Shown: positions 19,657 to 28,747 of the stretch, piece after piece
Layout: each line of letters begins with the position of its first letter
Position numbering within the stretch: the stretch's first letter is position 1
Source of the DNA: Terriglobia bacterium
GTDB lineage: Bacteria; Acidobacteriota; Terriglobia; 2-12-FULL-54-10
Length of the DNA stretch: 64,000 nt
Direction: 5' to 3'
Assembly (NCBI GenBank): GCA_963666975.2
Contig: CAXVYR010000003.1
Location: 544,001-608,000 of the forward strand
Notes under the pieces: generated by a model
What the model was told of the DNA's origin: nothing
Databases searched by the model: none
The model's input: the letters and a program-made list of their open reading frames with translations, nothing else
Position numbers and translations under genes: made by a program

Positions 19657-19683
19657 TCCCGGTATAATTGCTGCGAGATCACT

Positions 19684-20544
19684 ATGCGCGCGAACCGATC
19701 CCATGCCGGAGCCCCTCGCCGGGGAGCTTACTTGCTGCCCAGCCTGTTTACGGTGGCCAATATCTTTTGCGGCTACTTTGCGCTGACGGAGTCGTTCAAG
19801 GCCGGCCTTTTGGTTGCTCAGGATGTTACCGCTGCGGGAATGCACTTCGATATTGCGGCAAAAGCCATCGGGGTGGCTGTTCTATTTGACGGAATGGACG
19901 GTTGGATCGCGCGCCAGATGGGCACCAGCAGCGCTTTTGGAAAAGAACTGGACTCGATGGCAGATACGATTACCTTTGGCATTGCACCCGCCTTTTTGGC
20001 TTTTTCCTGGGGAGTGCAAGCTGTCCTGCCTGTTCCGGCGACTCCGTTGATTGAGCACCTGACGACGGTGGGGTGGTTGATAAGCTTTCTGTTTGTCATT
20101 TGCAGCGCCTCGCGGCTGGCGCGCTTCAACATTCAAGGCACTCCGTCGGCCTCCTCGCCGAATCGTCCCAGCCACAAACACTTTGTGGGCCTTCCGACGC
20201 CTGCTTCGGCCGGGCTGGTGGCGGCGATTGTCCACGTCAATTCCGGGAATCCGGTGAGCGGCTGGCTGTGGGTTCCGTTCTGGCTTTTGGTGCTGCTGGC
20301 CACTTCCCTGCTGATGGTCAGCCGGTGGCGTTATTACAGCTTTAAGAATGTCGATCTGCGGAAGAAGCGGAAGTTCGTAGTTGTTATTGGAGCGGGGGGG
20401 CTGCTGGCCCTGATCTGGTTTTATTCCCATGTTGTTCTGCTGCTAATCGCGGTGAGTTACTTGCTCTCCGGGGCGCTGGCGAAAGTGACGCACCTATTAC
20501 GCCGGGACCCGGCCAAAGCCCTCGCACAGGAACGTGAGGTTTGA
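19684..20544 (+). CDS. pssA: CDP-diacylglycerol--serine O-phosphatidyltransferase
   Basis: DGMDGWIAR...FGKELDSMAD.ITFG.AP, RLARFN, FVGLPTP; next to psd. Confidence 0.93.
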   Translation: MRANRSHAGAPRRGAYLLPSLFTVANIFCGYFALTESFKAGLLVAQDVTAAGMHFDIAAKAIGVAVLFDGMDGWIARQMGTSSAFGKELDSMADTITFGIAPAFLAFSWGVQAVLPVPATPLIEHLTTVGWLISFLFVICSASRLARFNIQGTPSASSPNRPSHKHFVGLPTPASAGLVAAIVHVNSGNPVSGWLWVPFWLLVLLATSLLMVSRWRYYSFKNVDLRKKRKFVVVIGAGGLLALIWFYSHVVLLLIAVSYLLSGALAKVTHLLRRDPAKALAQEREV

Positions 20545-20584
20545 ATTGCGGGCAGGCAACCACAAGGCAGCCCAGTAAAGACCG

Positions 20585-21655
20585 ATGGAACAAGCACAGG
20601 CCTCCGGATACAACATCGCGCTGGTGGGCGCCTCCTCTCTCAAAGGAAAAGAGATCAAAGAGGTTCTGCAGGAACGCAACTTTCCCTTGAAGCGCCTGAC
20701 ATTGCTCGATGAGGAAGATCGCGGCGGCCAGTTAGCCGAGTTTGGCGACGAGCCGCTGGTCATTCAACCGGTGAGCCGGGAAAACTTCGAGGATGTCGCT
20801 CTCGCTGTTTTTGCCTCCTCCCCCGCTTTTACGCAACAATATTGGCGGATGGCTGAAACCAGCGGGTGCCAGGTGATCGATCTGGGCCATTGTTTGGAAG
20901 CAGAAACGCAGGCCAGACTCCGGGCGCCGTCCGTGGAAAGTATTTGGGAGAACCAGGACAAAAAGATCTCTTGCGGCGACCGGTCCAGCGAATGCCATCT
21001 TTTTATTTCTGCCCACCCGGCTGCCATCGCTATTGCCGGTGTTCTCGGGCGGCTCTCGCGAAGCTACTCGGTCGTGCGCTCCGCCGTTACAATCTATGAA
21101 CCCGTAAGCGAGCGAGACAAAGCAGGAATCGACGAGTTGCATCAGCAGACTCGCAACCTCCTCGCCTTCCAGCAGATTCCTCGGCAAGTTTATGACTCGC
21201 AGGTAGCCTTCAATCTGCTGCCGAGCTATGGAGAGCTTTGCCGGCCGACACTGCGGGAGGTGCAGGACCGCATACAAAACCATCTGCGGCGATTGCTTGC
21301 AGGCCGCGTGGTCCAGCCGGCTTTGCGCCTGTTGCAGGCCCCCATCTTTCATGGGTATACGTTTTCTTGTTTTGTGGAACTGAAAGAGCGGACGACGCCG
21401 GAAGAAGTGGAAGCCGTCTTGGACCAGAAGCCTTTGACCCTGTGGAAGAGCGCGGAGGTGGAACCTTCTGCGGTGGGTGTGGCCGGTTTGGGAGAGATTG
21501 TGCTCGGCCCGGTCGAAAGCGACGCGGCATGGGAATCAGGTTTCTGGCTCTGGGGGGCTGCGGATAACCTGCGGCTGACCGCTCAGAATGCGATTGAAAT
21601 TGCTGAAGGATTGATTGCGTCCGGCAATGGCTCCCAGGTCAGCAGTTCCAGCTAA
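20585..21655 (+). CDS. Aspartate-semialdehyde dehydrogenase-like (Usg-like) protein, probably non-catalytic
   Basis: IALVGASSLKG Rossmann start, QVAFNLLP, WGAADNLR..AQNA; catalytic NPNC replaced by SAHP. Confidence 0.8.
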   Translation: MEQAQASGYNIALVGASSLKGKEIKEVLQERNFPLKRLTLLDEEDRGGQLAEFGDEPLVIQPVSRENFEDVALAVFASSPAFTQQYWRMAETSGCQVIDLGHCLEAETQARLRAPSVESIWENQDKKISCGDRSSECHLFISAHPAAIAIAGVLGRLSRSYSVVRSAVTIYEPVSERDKAGIDELHQQTRNLLAFQQIPRQVYDSQVAFNLLPSYGELCRPTLREVQDRIQNHLRRLLAGRVVQPALRLLQAPIFHGYTFSCFVELKERTTPEEVEAVLDQKPLTLWKSAEVEPSAVGVAGLGEIVLGPVESDAAWESGFWLWGAADNLRLTAQNAIEIAEGLIASGNGSQVSSSS

Positions 21656-22208
21656 GAATAAAGGGAGGTATCTCATCGGAGCCTTTTCACGACCCCTGCT
21701 GAGCGCTGCGCTTCTTAGCCTGCTGTTGACTTGCGCTTGCGGCTACCGTGTGGCGAACAGTAGCACTCCGGGGCTGCCTGCCGCCATCCAAACTATTGCA
21801 ATTCCTTCTTTCCAAAATGAAACCTCCCGCTTCAAGATTGAGCAAACTTTGACGCAAGCAGTCTTTCGTGAGTTCTTGACACGAACTTCCTACCGTCTCC
21901 AATCCCAGGAAACCGGCAGCGACGCAGTCCTGAAAGGAACGATCACCGCGATCTATTCCAGTCCGATTGTTTTCGACCCCGGCAGTGGACGAACCACGGA
22001 GGTTCTTTTGACCGTCAGTCTGCGGGTGGTCCTGTCGGATACCAGAACGCAGGAAATCCTCTATGACGCCAGCAATTTCGTCTTCCGCGAGCCTTTTGAG
22101 GTGAGCACGGACGCTGCCAGCTACATCGAGGAAAGCCAGCCGGCCTTGGAGCGGCTCTCCCGGGAGGTTGCTGCCAGCCTGGTTTCAACCATCATTGAGA
22201 ACTTCTGA
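21615..22208 (+). CDS. lptE: LPS-assembly lipoprotein LptE family
   Basis: Lipobox-like ACGY, IQTIAIPSFQNET; directly upstream of holA. Confidence 0.8.
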   Translation: MRPAMAPRSAVPAKNKGRYLIGAFSRPLLSAALLSLLLTCACGYRVANSSTPGLPAAIQTIAIPSFQNETSRFKIEQTLTQAVFREFLTRTSYRLQSQETGSDAVLKGTITAIYSSPIVFDPGSGRTTEVLLTVSLRVVLSDTRTQEILYDASNFVFREPFEVSTDAASYIEESQPALERLSREVAASLVSTIIENF

Positions 22209-23314
22209 TGCAAATTTCCGCTGCGAGCGCGCTGGAAAACATTCAAAAAGGAATCGTCTCGACCGGTTATTTGCTGTTCGGAAAACAACTCTATTGGAGA
22301 GACCGAATCCATGAGGCCCTGCGGAAATCTTTCGGAGATGGCGCAGCCGGCATGGGCATCGCTGAATTTGATCTTCGCCAGGACCCTCTCGGCAGAGTGC
22401 TGGACGAAGCGCGCTCACTGAATCTGCTGGCTCCACGGCAATTGTTATTTGTCAGGAACGCGCAGGCTCTGGACGCCCGCCGACGCCGGGGAACACAGCG
22501 CGCCGCCACGGGGGATACTCAACTCACGCCATCTGACGATCTTTCCGCTTATTTGCTTCAGCCCAACCCATCCACCACGATTGTTTTTGAGATGATGGAT
22601 GTGAATTTGGAATCAGACGATTGGAGGGAAAGAGAAAAAGCAAAAGCCCGCTTGGCGGCTTTCGAGGACCTGTGTGACGTAATCCTCTTGGTTTCTCCAA
22701 ATTTCCGGGCGGCCATGGAACTGTTGCGGCAGGAGGCGGCGGCACTGGGACGCAAGATTTCTCCGGCAGCGGCTGAACAACTGCTCACAGTCTTTGACAA
22801 AGATATGGGCCGCATTCGGATGGAGCTGGAAAAAATATGTCTCTACAACCCGGAAAAGGAAAGCGTCGATTTGGAGGATTTGGAACCGATGGTGCCCGCT
22901 TTGGCTGGCAAGGCCGGCACGACTTTGGCCGAGGCCATCGGCGCAGGGGACAAGAAGAAGGCGCTCGAAATACTGGAGGAATTGGAGCGCAGCGGGAAAT
23001 ACCTTCCTTTGGTGATCTCCGAGGTGGCCCGTTACTTACGCCAGTTGATTGTGTTAAAGGAGAACCGAGCGCGCGATACCCGGCAGGCAGGAAAGGTTCT
23101 CTGGTCAGCCAAACTTCCCGCCCCCCCTAATGTACTGCCGGCTTTGCTGGGGCAAGGACGCAAGATGAGCGGTGCTCAGTTGCTGCGCGGTCTCCAGCTT
23201 GCTTTTGAAGCGGACTTGGCGCTCCGCTCCAGCCCTCCACGAGCGCGGATTGTTCTGGAACAGTTCATTCTGCAGTTGTTTCGTTCCCGGCCGTCAACTG
23301 CGTCACGGGTGTAA
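22208..23314 (+). CDS. holA: DNA polymerase III delta subunit
   Basis: YLLFGKQLYWRD, RIRMELEKICLY, AFEADLALRSS; lptE-holA synteny. Confidence 0.9.
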   Translation: MQISAASALENIQKGIVSTGYLLFGKQLYWRDRIHEALRKSFGDGAAGMGIAEFDLRQDPLGRVLDEARSLNLLAPRQLLFVRNAQALDARRRRGTQRAATGDTQLTPSDDLSAYLLQPNPSTTIVFEMMDVNLESDDWREREKAKARLAAFEDLCDVILLVSPNFRAAMELLRQEAAALGRKISPAAAEQLLTVFDKDMGRIRMELEKICLYNPEKESVDLEDLEPMVPALAGKAGTTLAEAIGAGDKKKALEILEELERSGKYLPLVISEVARYLRQLIVLKENRARDTRQAGKVLWSAKLPAPPNVLPALLGQGRKMSGAQLLRGLQLAFEADLALRSSPPRARIVLEQFILQLFRSRPSTASRV

Positions 23315-23405
23315 GGTTGGGGGATACCCCGCACCAGTGGGTTATCCCCCCCGCCGAACAGAGAGGAACGCTATTTATTTTCATAAGGTTAGCTTGCGAA
23401 ATGAA

Positions 23406-23421
23406 TGGCAGGCCAAATGCA
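23406..23421 (+). promoter_or_regulatory. Candidate sigma54 (-24/-12) promoter
   Basis: TGGCAGGCCAAATGCA has GG-N10-GC spacing; IHF-like TTTCATAAGGTTA at 23379-23391; palindrome at 23319-23350. Confidence 0.5.
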
Positions 23422-23431
23422 CGACAAAGGC

Positions 23432-23530
23432 CAGACTGTCCGGAGGAAAACTTCCAGACCCGCCACTGGAATCGGTGACCCCGCCAAAAGACACCGTTCC
23501 TCCGGACAGCGACTACACTCCTTACAGATC
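23432..23530 (+). ncRNA. Candidate three-way-junction small RNA (3' end uncertain)
   Basis: 13-bp perfect closing stem CTGTCCGGAGGAA/TTCCTCCGGACAG (23436-23448/23497-23509) enclosing two hairpins whose loops both contain CCCGCCA. Confidence 0.45.
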
Positions 23531-23609
23531 ACAGATTAATGAAGCAGGTTGAGAGTCCCTCGACCAATTAGTTTCAGAGTTGCTGTGAAGTGGGTTGTTG
23601 GTGAATCCA

Positions 23610-23741
23610 TCCGAGCCGCGACCGTGAAACACCGCATCGCGCTGAAAGCGGCGCGTTGGGAACCCCGCGAGGGAGCGGTCAACCCAGCCTTGGTTACCCA
23701 CTTGCCGTTTGGGGTCCGCTTGCTTACGCGCGCGGCTCTGA
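23610..23741. repeat. REP-like element, family 2, with a nested 43-bp insert
   Basis: GAGCCGCGACCGTGA...GGGAGCGG and CCGCTTGCTTACGCGCGCGGCTC arms match the copy at 59167-59257; left arm interrupted at 23628-23670. Confidence 0.8.
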
Positions 23742-23768
23742 CGATACACTGACGTGAAAGCGCTCTAG

Positions 23769-24650
23769 TTACCGCTCTCCCCACTTTAATTTGCTGCGGA
23801 GCACTTCAAAGAATTCTTTGTGGGGAGGGCGCACCAAGCTAATCCAGCTTTTGGAGAGGTCGCAGACAATCCGGTCGTTGTTGTGCAGGGACAGTCCGAC
23901 TTGGCCGTCCACGGTTAAGAAAACGGATTCCGTCTCCGTTTTTACGGCGACCTCGATCCGGGCGCGGTCCGGCACAACCAGCGGACGGTTGGTCAGGGTG
24001 TGGGGACAGATGGGAGTCACAATAAAGGCTTCCACCGTGGGATAGACGATGGCCCCCCCGGCCGCCATGGAGTAGGCAGTAGAACCGGTCGGGGTTGAGA
24101 TGATGAGCCCGTCGGCTTTGAATACACTTACCAGCACTCCATCCACATATGTTTCAAAGTCTGATATCCGCGAGATAGCCGCCCTGTTGAGGACAACGTC
24201 GTTCAAGGCGTGGTAAGTTGGGCCAGGCAAGCCGGAGTGAATCACCTGCACTTGCAATAGTTTACGGCTGTCAATTTGATGCTTTCCATTAAGAATTAAT
24301 TCGAGGCTGGAGTACAATTCCTGAGTAGTCACGGCGGTGAGGAATCCCAGAGCGCCCAGGTTTACGGCCAGGATCGGGATGTTGCCGGAGTGGACGTTGC
24401 GTGCGGCAGCCAGCAGTGTGCCGTCCCCCCCCAGCACGATAACCAAATCGCACTTGCCGGAGAGTTCGCTCCGGGCGATTACCTGAGCGGGCAGGGAAGC
24501 TTTGCTGGAAGAATCAAGGCTGTCGGCTGTCTCCCGGTCGAGATAAGCCTGGATGCCTCTTTCGGCCAGCCAGCCCAGCAAGCTCGGCACAATCTGCTGC
24601 AGCTCGGCTTTTCGCGGTTTGGAGATGATGCCTGCGGTACGGATTGCCAT
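23769..24650 (-). CDS. nadK: NAD kinase
   Basis: LGGDGTLL, NLGALGFL, ALNDVV, DGLIISTPTGSTAY. Confidence 0.97.
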   Translation of the reverse strand: MAIRTAGIISKPRKAELQQIVPSLLGWLAERGIQAYLDRETADSLDSSSKASLPAQVIARSELSGKCDLVIVLGGDGTLLAAARNVHSGNIPILAVNLGALGFLTAVTTQELYSSLELILNGKHQIDSRKLLQVQVIHSGLPGPTYHALNDVVLNRAAISRISDFETYVDGVLVSVFKADGLIISTPTGSTAYSMAAGGAIVYPTVEAFIVTPICPHTLTNRPLVVPDRARIEVAVKTETESVFLTVDGQVGLSLHNNDRIVCDLSKSWISLVRPPHKEFFEVLRSKLKWGER

Positions 24651-24681
24651 GAGCGAAGCTACTCTCTTGCCGTGCTCGCCG

Positions 24682-25446
24682 TTATATCGGCTCCCCCAGC
24701 GATTCGAGCGGGCCCCGAAAAACGGAGGCTAAAAAAAATTCTTGATTGCCGGTGGCGCCCCGGATCGGACACAGCATCCTTTGGAAATCTGTGAAACCGA
24801 GTTGGGCGGCGGCTGTTTGAACATGGTTGACTGATTCCAGTTGCAGCGTTTCATCCCGGACAATGCCTCCTTTGCCAACCCGGCCCTTTCCGACTTCAAA
24901 CTGCGGTTTCACTAAGATCAGCAAGCGCGTTCCCGGCTCCGAAAACTGTACCAGAGAAGGGAGGATTCGGGCGGCGGAAATGAAGGAAACATCCATTGTG
25001 ATGAAGTCCGTCTTCCGCCCGATTTGTTCCATCTGAAGATAACGGGCATTGGTGCGCTCCAACAGGGTTACCCGTGGGTCCTGCCTTAAGCGCCAGTCCA
25101 GTTGATTGGTCCCGACATCCACGGCGAATACCTGAGCGGCTCCGAATTGCAAAAGGCAATCCACAAACCCTCCCGTGGAGGAGCCGATGTCAAGCGCTAC
25201 CTTGCCCCGCAGATCCCAGTGAAACTGCTGGAGGGCGGCTTCCAGTTTCAAGCCGCCCCGGCCTGCATACGGCCGGGCTTTGCCCAGAATCTCCACGTTT
25301 GATTCCGGCTCCACCCGCGTGCCTGCCTTTTCGATCTTTTTCCCTCCAACCAGCACGCGGCCCGCCATGATGACGGCCTGAGCTTTCGCGCGAGTTTCGA
25401 TCATCCCCCGTTCCACCATCAAGCAGTCCAGACGTTTCTTGTTCAT
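24682..25446 (-). CDS. tlyA: TlyA-family rRNA methyltransferase
   Basis: KRLD S4 domain, GRGGLKL, LDIGSSTGGF.DCLLQ, DVSFIS, LVKPQFE. Confidence 0.96.
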   Translation of the reverse strand: MNKKRLDCLMVERGMIETRAKAQAVIMAGRVLVGGKKIEKAGTRVEPESNVEILGKARPYAGRGGLKLEAALQQFHWDLRGKVALDIGSSTGGFVDCLLQFGAAQVFAVDVGTNQLDWRLRQDPRVTLLERTNARYLQMEQIGRKTDFITMDVSFISAARILPSLVQFSEPGTRLLILVKPQFEVGKGRVGKGGIVRDETLQLESVNHVQTAAAQLGFTDFQRMLCPIRGATGNQEFFLASVFRGPLESLGEPI

Positions 25447-25493
25447 GGCTGGCACAGTAAACAACCTGATCGGCGCTCCCATTGCTTTGCTCT

Positions 25494-26381
25494 TTAGGCT
25501 TTCCGTGAAACCAAAAATTGAGCCAGTTGTTTCAGAAGGCCATTCCTCTCCCCGAATGGTTCCAGAGCCTCGGAAGCCTTGGCGACGTATTCTTGCGCCA
25601 TTTGCTTGGATCGCTCCACTCCGTAAAGCGCCGGATAGGTCACTTTTTTCTGCAGGACATCCTTTCCCGTTGCTTTGCCCAAAGATTCGCGGGAACTCTC
25701 CACATCCAGAACGTCGTCCATGATTTGAAATGCCAGCCCCGCATGGGCGCCAAAGCGGGAGATGGCTTCCAGTTGGTTTCCGCCGGCGCGTTCTCCGATC
25801 GCGCCCAGTAAAACCGCCGCCCGGAACAGAGCGCCGGTCTTGGCGCTGTGAATGTATTCCAGTGTTTCCGGAGTCGTCGGACCGTTCGGCGCTTCCAAGT
25901 CTACGACTTGGCCGCCAATCATACCATCCACGGTTCCTGCCGCTCGGGCCAATTCGGCCACCAAGTCGGCTCGCACCTCAGCCGGGGTGCGCGGCAGAGT
26001 TGCCAGAACGTGAAAAGCCAGTGTCAGCAAGGCGTCTCCGGCAAGGATCGCATTGGCTTCGCCGAATACTTTGTGGCAAGTGAGCTTGCCCCGCCGGTAG
26101 TCGTCGTTGTCCAGCGCAGGGAGATCATCGTGGATGAGGGAGTAGGTATGAATCATCTCCAGAGAGCAGGCAATGGACTCCATATCCGGATTCGTCTCCT
26201 CCGAGAGGAGCCGGGCAGCCTCCATGCAGAAGATCGGACGAAGCCGTTTGCCGCCGGCAAACAGACTGTAGCGCATCGCGCGATGCACAGCCGCCGGTTT
26301 TTCCGATTCTTCCGGCACCAGACGCCGGAGCTGCGCCTCAATCCGGTTTCGCTGTTGTTCCAGGTGGGAGTTTAAGGACAC
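25494..26381 (-). CDS. ispA: Farnesyl/geranylgeranyl diphosphate synthase
   Basis: GGKRLRP, IHDDLPALDNDDYRRG, KTGALF, FQIMDDVLD. Confidence 0.96.
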   Translation of the reverse strand: MSLNSHLEQQRNRIEAQLRRLVPEESEKPAAVHRAMRYSLFAGGKRLRPIFCMEAARLLSEETNPDMESIACSLEMIHTYSLIHDDLPALDNDDYRRGKLTCHKVFGEANAILAGDALLTLAFHVLATLPRTPAEVRADLVAELARAAGTVDGMIGGQVVDLEAPNGPTTPETLEYIHSAKTGALFRAAVLLGAIGERAGGNQLEAISRFGAHAGLAFQIMDDVLDVESSRESLGKATGKDVLQKKVTYPALYGVERSKQMAQEYVAKASEALEPFGERNGLLKQLAQFLVSRKA

Positions 26382-26388
26382 GGATTTT

Positions 26389-26646
26389 TCAGGATGGCTG
26401 GTTCTCTTCGTCCAGATGGAAGGGTTCGGCCACCATCTTGCCGTCCCCTTTCTTTAGAAGAAGCTCCACTTTAGTTTCGGCTTCTTCCAATTGGCGGCGG
26501 CAGTCGCCGGAAAGCTTCATCCCCTCTTCAAAAAGCTTCAGGGTGCGATCCAGAGTGAGGTCGCCTTGTTCCAGTTCCTGGACGATTTTTTCGAGCCGTT
26601 CCAGACCTGCCTCAAAGTTCATCTCGGAATTTTTCTTTTGGCTCAT
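26389..26646 (-). CDS. xseB: Exodeoxyribonuclease VII small subunit
   Basis: NFEAGLERLEKIVQELEQGDLTLD..LKLFEEG; upstream of ispA. Confidence 0.95.
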   Translation of the reverse strand: MSQKKNSEMNFEAGLERLEKIVQELEQGDLTLDRTLKLFEEGMKLSGDCRRQLEEAETKVELLLKKGDGKMVAEPFHLDEENQPS

Positions 26647-26735
26647 CTCGTTTCTTTTCCTTGCTGCATATTTGTCCTTCGCGCCGTGCGTCGGCTTCTC
26701 CAACCGAAGGGATGGCAAGCCCGGAAGGGGGATGC

Positions 26736-27668
26736 CTATGAATCAACGCGAGCAGGCCCGGTTACGGTGATCTTGGGCCGGGGGGCTTCCACTGCGCGCA
26801 CCGCATCCCGAATCGCCTGAATATGTTCCGGCGTGGTCCCGCAACATCCTCCCAGCAATTTCACGCCGCTTTGGATGAAGCGTTGTGTATAGCTGGCCAT
26901 GTGCTCGGGGGAGCAGGGGTAAATGTTGCGCCCTCCTACGTTGACCGGGAGGCCGGCATTCGGTTGCGCGGAAAAGGGGCGGTCGCCGAGCGGGGCCATC
27001 CGCTGAATCGTATCGAGCATCGCCTTGGGTCCGACGCTGCAGTTGCAGCCAATGCCGTCGGCTCCCCACTCGGTCAGCTTTTCGGTGAACTTCTCCGGGC
27101 TGGTTCCGGAAAGCATCTTCCCGTCGTCATCGATGGTGACATGGGCAATCACCGGCAAGTCGCAGGCGCGTTTGGCCGCGGCGATAGCCTCGCGTATCTC
27201 ATCCAGATCGTAGAAGGTCTCCAAAAAAAGCATGTCCACGCCCGCTTCCGCCAGGGCTTGGATTTGCTCCTGAAAAGCTTCCGCCGCACTTTCTGCGCTG
27301 CAAGGCCCCAACGGTTCCAGTCGTACGCCCAGGGGCCCGACCGCCCCTGCCAGCAGCGCCGCCTCGCCGCCGCACTGCCGGGCCAGCCGCACTCCCGCCT
27401 GATTGATCTCCCGGCACTTCTCTCCGAGTCCGTGGGGGGCCAATCGAAAGGCATTGGCGCCGAAGGTATTGGTCTCCAATATCTCCGCTCCAGCCGTCAC
27501 GTAAGCCTCGTGAACTTCTTTTACCAGAGACGGCATGGACAGGTTCAGCTCTTCCAAGCAACGGTTGATGAAGATGCCTTTGGTGTATAGCATGGTGCCC
27601 ATGGCGCCATCGCACACGAACACCCTCTCCTGTAACTCCTCCAAAAATCGACCGGCGCGCTTTTTCAT
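26736..27668 (-). CDS. Stand-alone homocysteine S-methyltransferase (Hcy-binding) domain protein
   Basis: CDGAMGT, ETNTFGAN, GCNCSVGP, PNAGLP, GGCCGTTPEHI; ends right after the barrel. Confidence 0.9.
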   Translation of the reverse strand: MKKRAGRFLEELQERVFVCDGAMGTMLYTKGIFINRCLEELNLSMPSLVKEVHEAYVTAGAEILETNTFGANAFRLAPHGLGEKCREINQAGVRLARQCGGEAALLAGAVGPLGVRLEPLGPCSAESAAEAFQEQIQALAEAGVDMLFLETFYDLDEIREAIAAAKRACDLPVIAHVTIDDDGKMLSGTSPEKFTEKLTEWGADGIGCNCSVGPKAMLDTIQRMAPLGDRPFSAQPNAGLPVNVGGRNIYPCSPEHMASYTQRFIQSGVKLLGGCCGTTPEHIQAIRDAVRAVEAPRPKITVTGPARVDS

Positions 27669-27707
27669 AGAAGTGTGCTGCAAAGCATCTTAATACAAAT
27701 AATCGGC

Positions 27708-28580
27708 CTAGTCAGTCCTAAGCGCCCGCAAGTGCTCCAATATCTCTTGTGTCGCGCGGGATTTGTTGAGCGTGTAAAAGTGGACTCCGGGAGCGCCTTT
27801 GCGGAGCAACTCCTCGCACTGTTGCGAGGCGTGCCGGATACCGATGCGCGTCACGGCTTCCAAATCCGTCCGGACTTCTTCAAGCTCCTTCTTCAGCGCC
27901 CCGGGGAGCGTCGCGCCGCAAAGGGCGGAGAAGCGCTGGATCTGATCATAATTTGTGATGGGCATGATGCCCGGGGTGATCGGGACTTTCAATCCCAAGG
28001 CGCGCGCCTTGGCGACAAAGTCGATGTAATAGGCATTTAGAAAGAAAAGCTGCGTGATGACGAACGAAGCCCCGGCATCCACCTTGCGCTTCAGATAGCG
28101 GAGGTCTTCTTCCAGGGTCTTCGCTTCGACGTGTTTTTCCGGGTATCCGGCCACGGCAATGCAGAACCCCATCTTCGCCGCTTCTTCCACCAGTTCGTTG
28201 GCATGCTGAAAGCCGTCCGCGTGCGCCTGAAACACGCTCTGACCTTTCGGCGGGTCGCCGCGCAGAGCGATGACATTTTCAATCCCGCGGTCAGCCAGCT
28301 CGCGCAGGACCTCCCGGATCTCGCTTTTGGAATGGCCCACGCACGTGAGATGGGCCATGGTTTCAATCCCGACGTCCTGTTTGATCCGCGCGACCAACTC
28401 GAGCGTTTTGGCCCGCGTGCTGCCTCCGGCGCCGTACGTGACAGAGACAAAATCAGGCTTGCGGCCCTTCAGGTGGACGATGGTCTCAAAGAGTTTGGTA
28501 GATGCCGCCTCGTCTTTAGGCGGAAAGAATTCAAAGGAGAAAAGCGGCCGTCCGGCCGCCAGTATCTGAGAAATTTTCAT
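27708..28580 (-). CDS. metF: 5,10-methylenetetrahydrofolate reductase
   Basis: SFEFFPPK, SVTYGAGGS, ALRGDPP, AGYPEKH, ITQLFF, HFYTLN. Confidence 0.97.
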   Translation of the reverse strand: MKISQILAAGRPLFSFEFFPPKDEAASTKLFETIVHLKGRKPDFVSVTYGAGGSTRAKTLELVARIKQDVGIETMAHLTCVGHSKSEIREVLRELADRGIENVIALRGDPPKGQSVFQAHADGFQHANELVEEAAKMGFCIAVAGYPEKHVEAKTLEEDLRYLKRKVDAGASFVITQLFFLNAYYIDFVAKARALGLKVPITPGIMPITNYDQIQRFSALCGATLPGALKKELEEVRTDLEAVTRIGIRHASQQCEELLRKGAPGVHFYTLNKSRATQEILEHLRALRTD

Positions 28581-28747
28581 AGTTTAGCCGACATTATCCT
28601 TATCCGGGGCGATTTTACCGCATCTTTCAATACACCCACAATCGCAAGATGGAGTTATGGAGTGTTCCTGACAGGAAAGAAGGTCGCCGGCACTGAGGAT
28701 ACATTCCGGCGGGGAGCTTTCCAGACGCGGATTCAACGGGGGCGGCG

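Noticed and set aside
23417-23539. 40-codon ORF MHDKGQTV... over the candidate sRNA
   Set aside because: Its ATG lies within the -12 element, it lacks an RBS and has no protein-like features
28581-28747. Possible SAM riboswitch upstream of metF
   Set aside because: No SAM-I or SAM-II conserved core found on the minus strand
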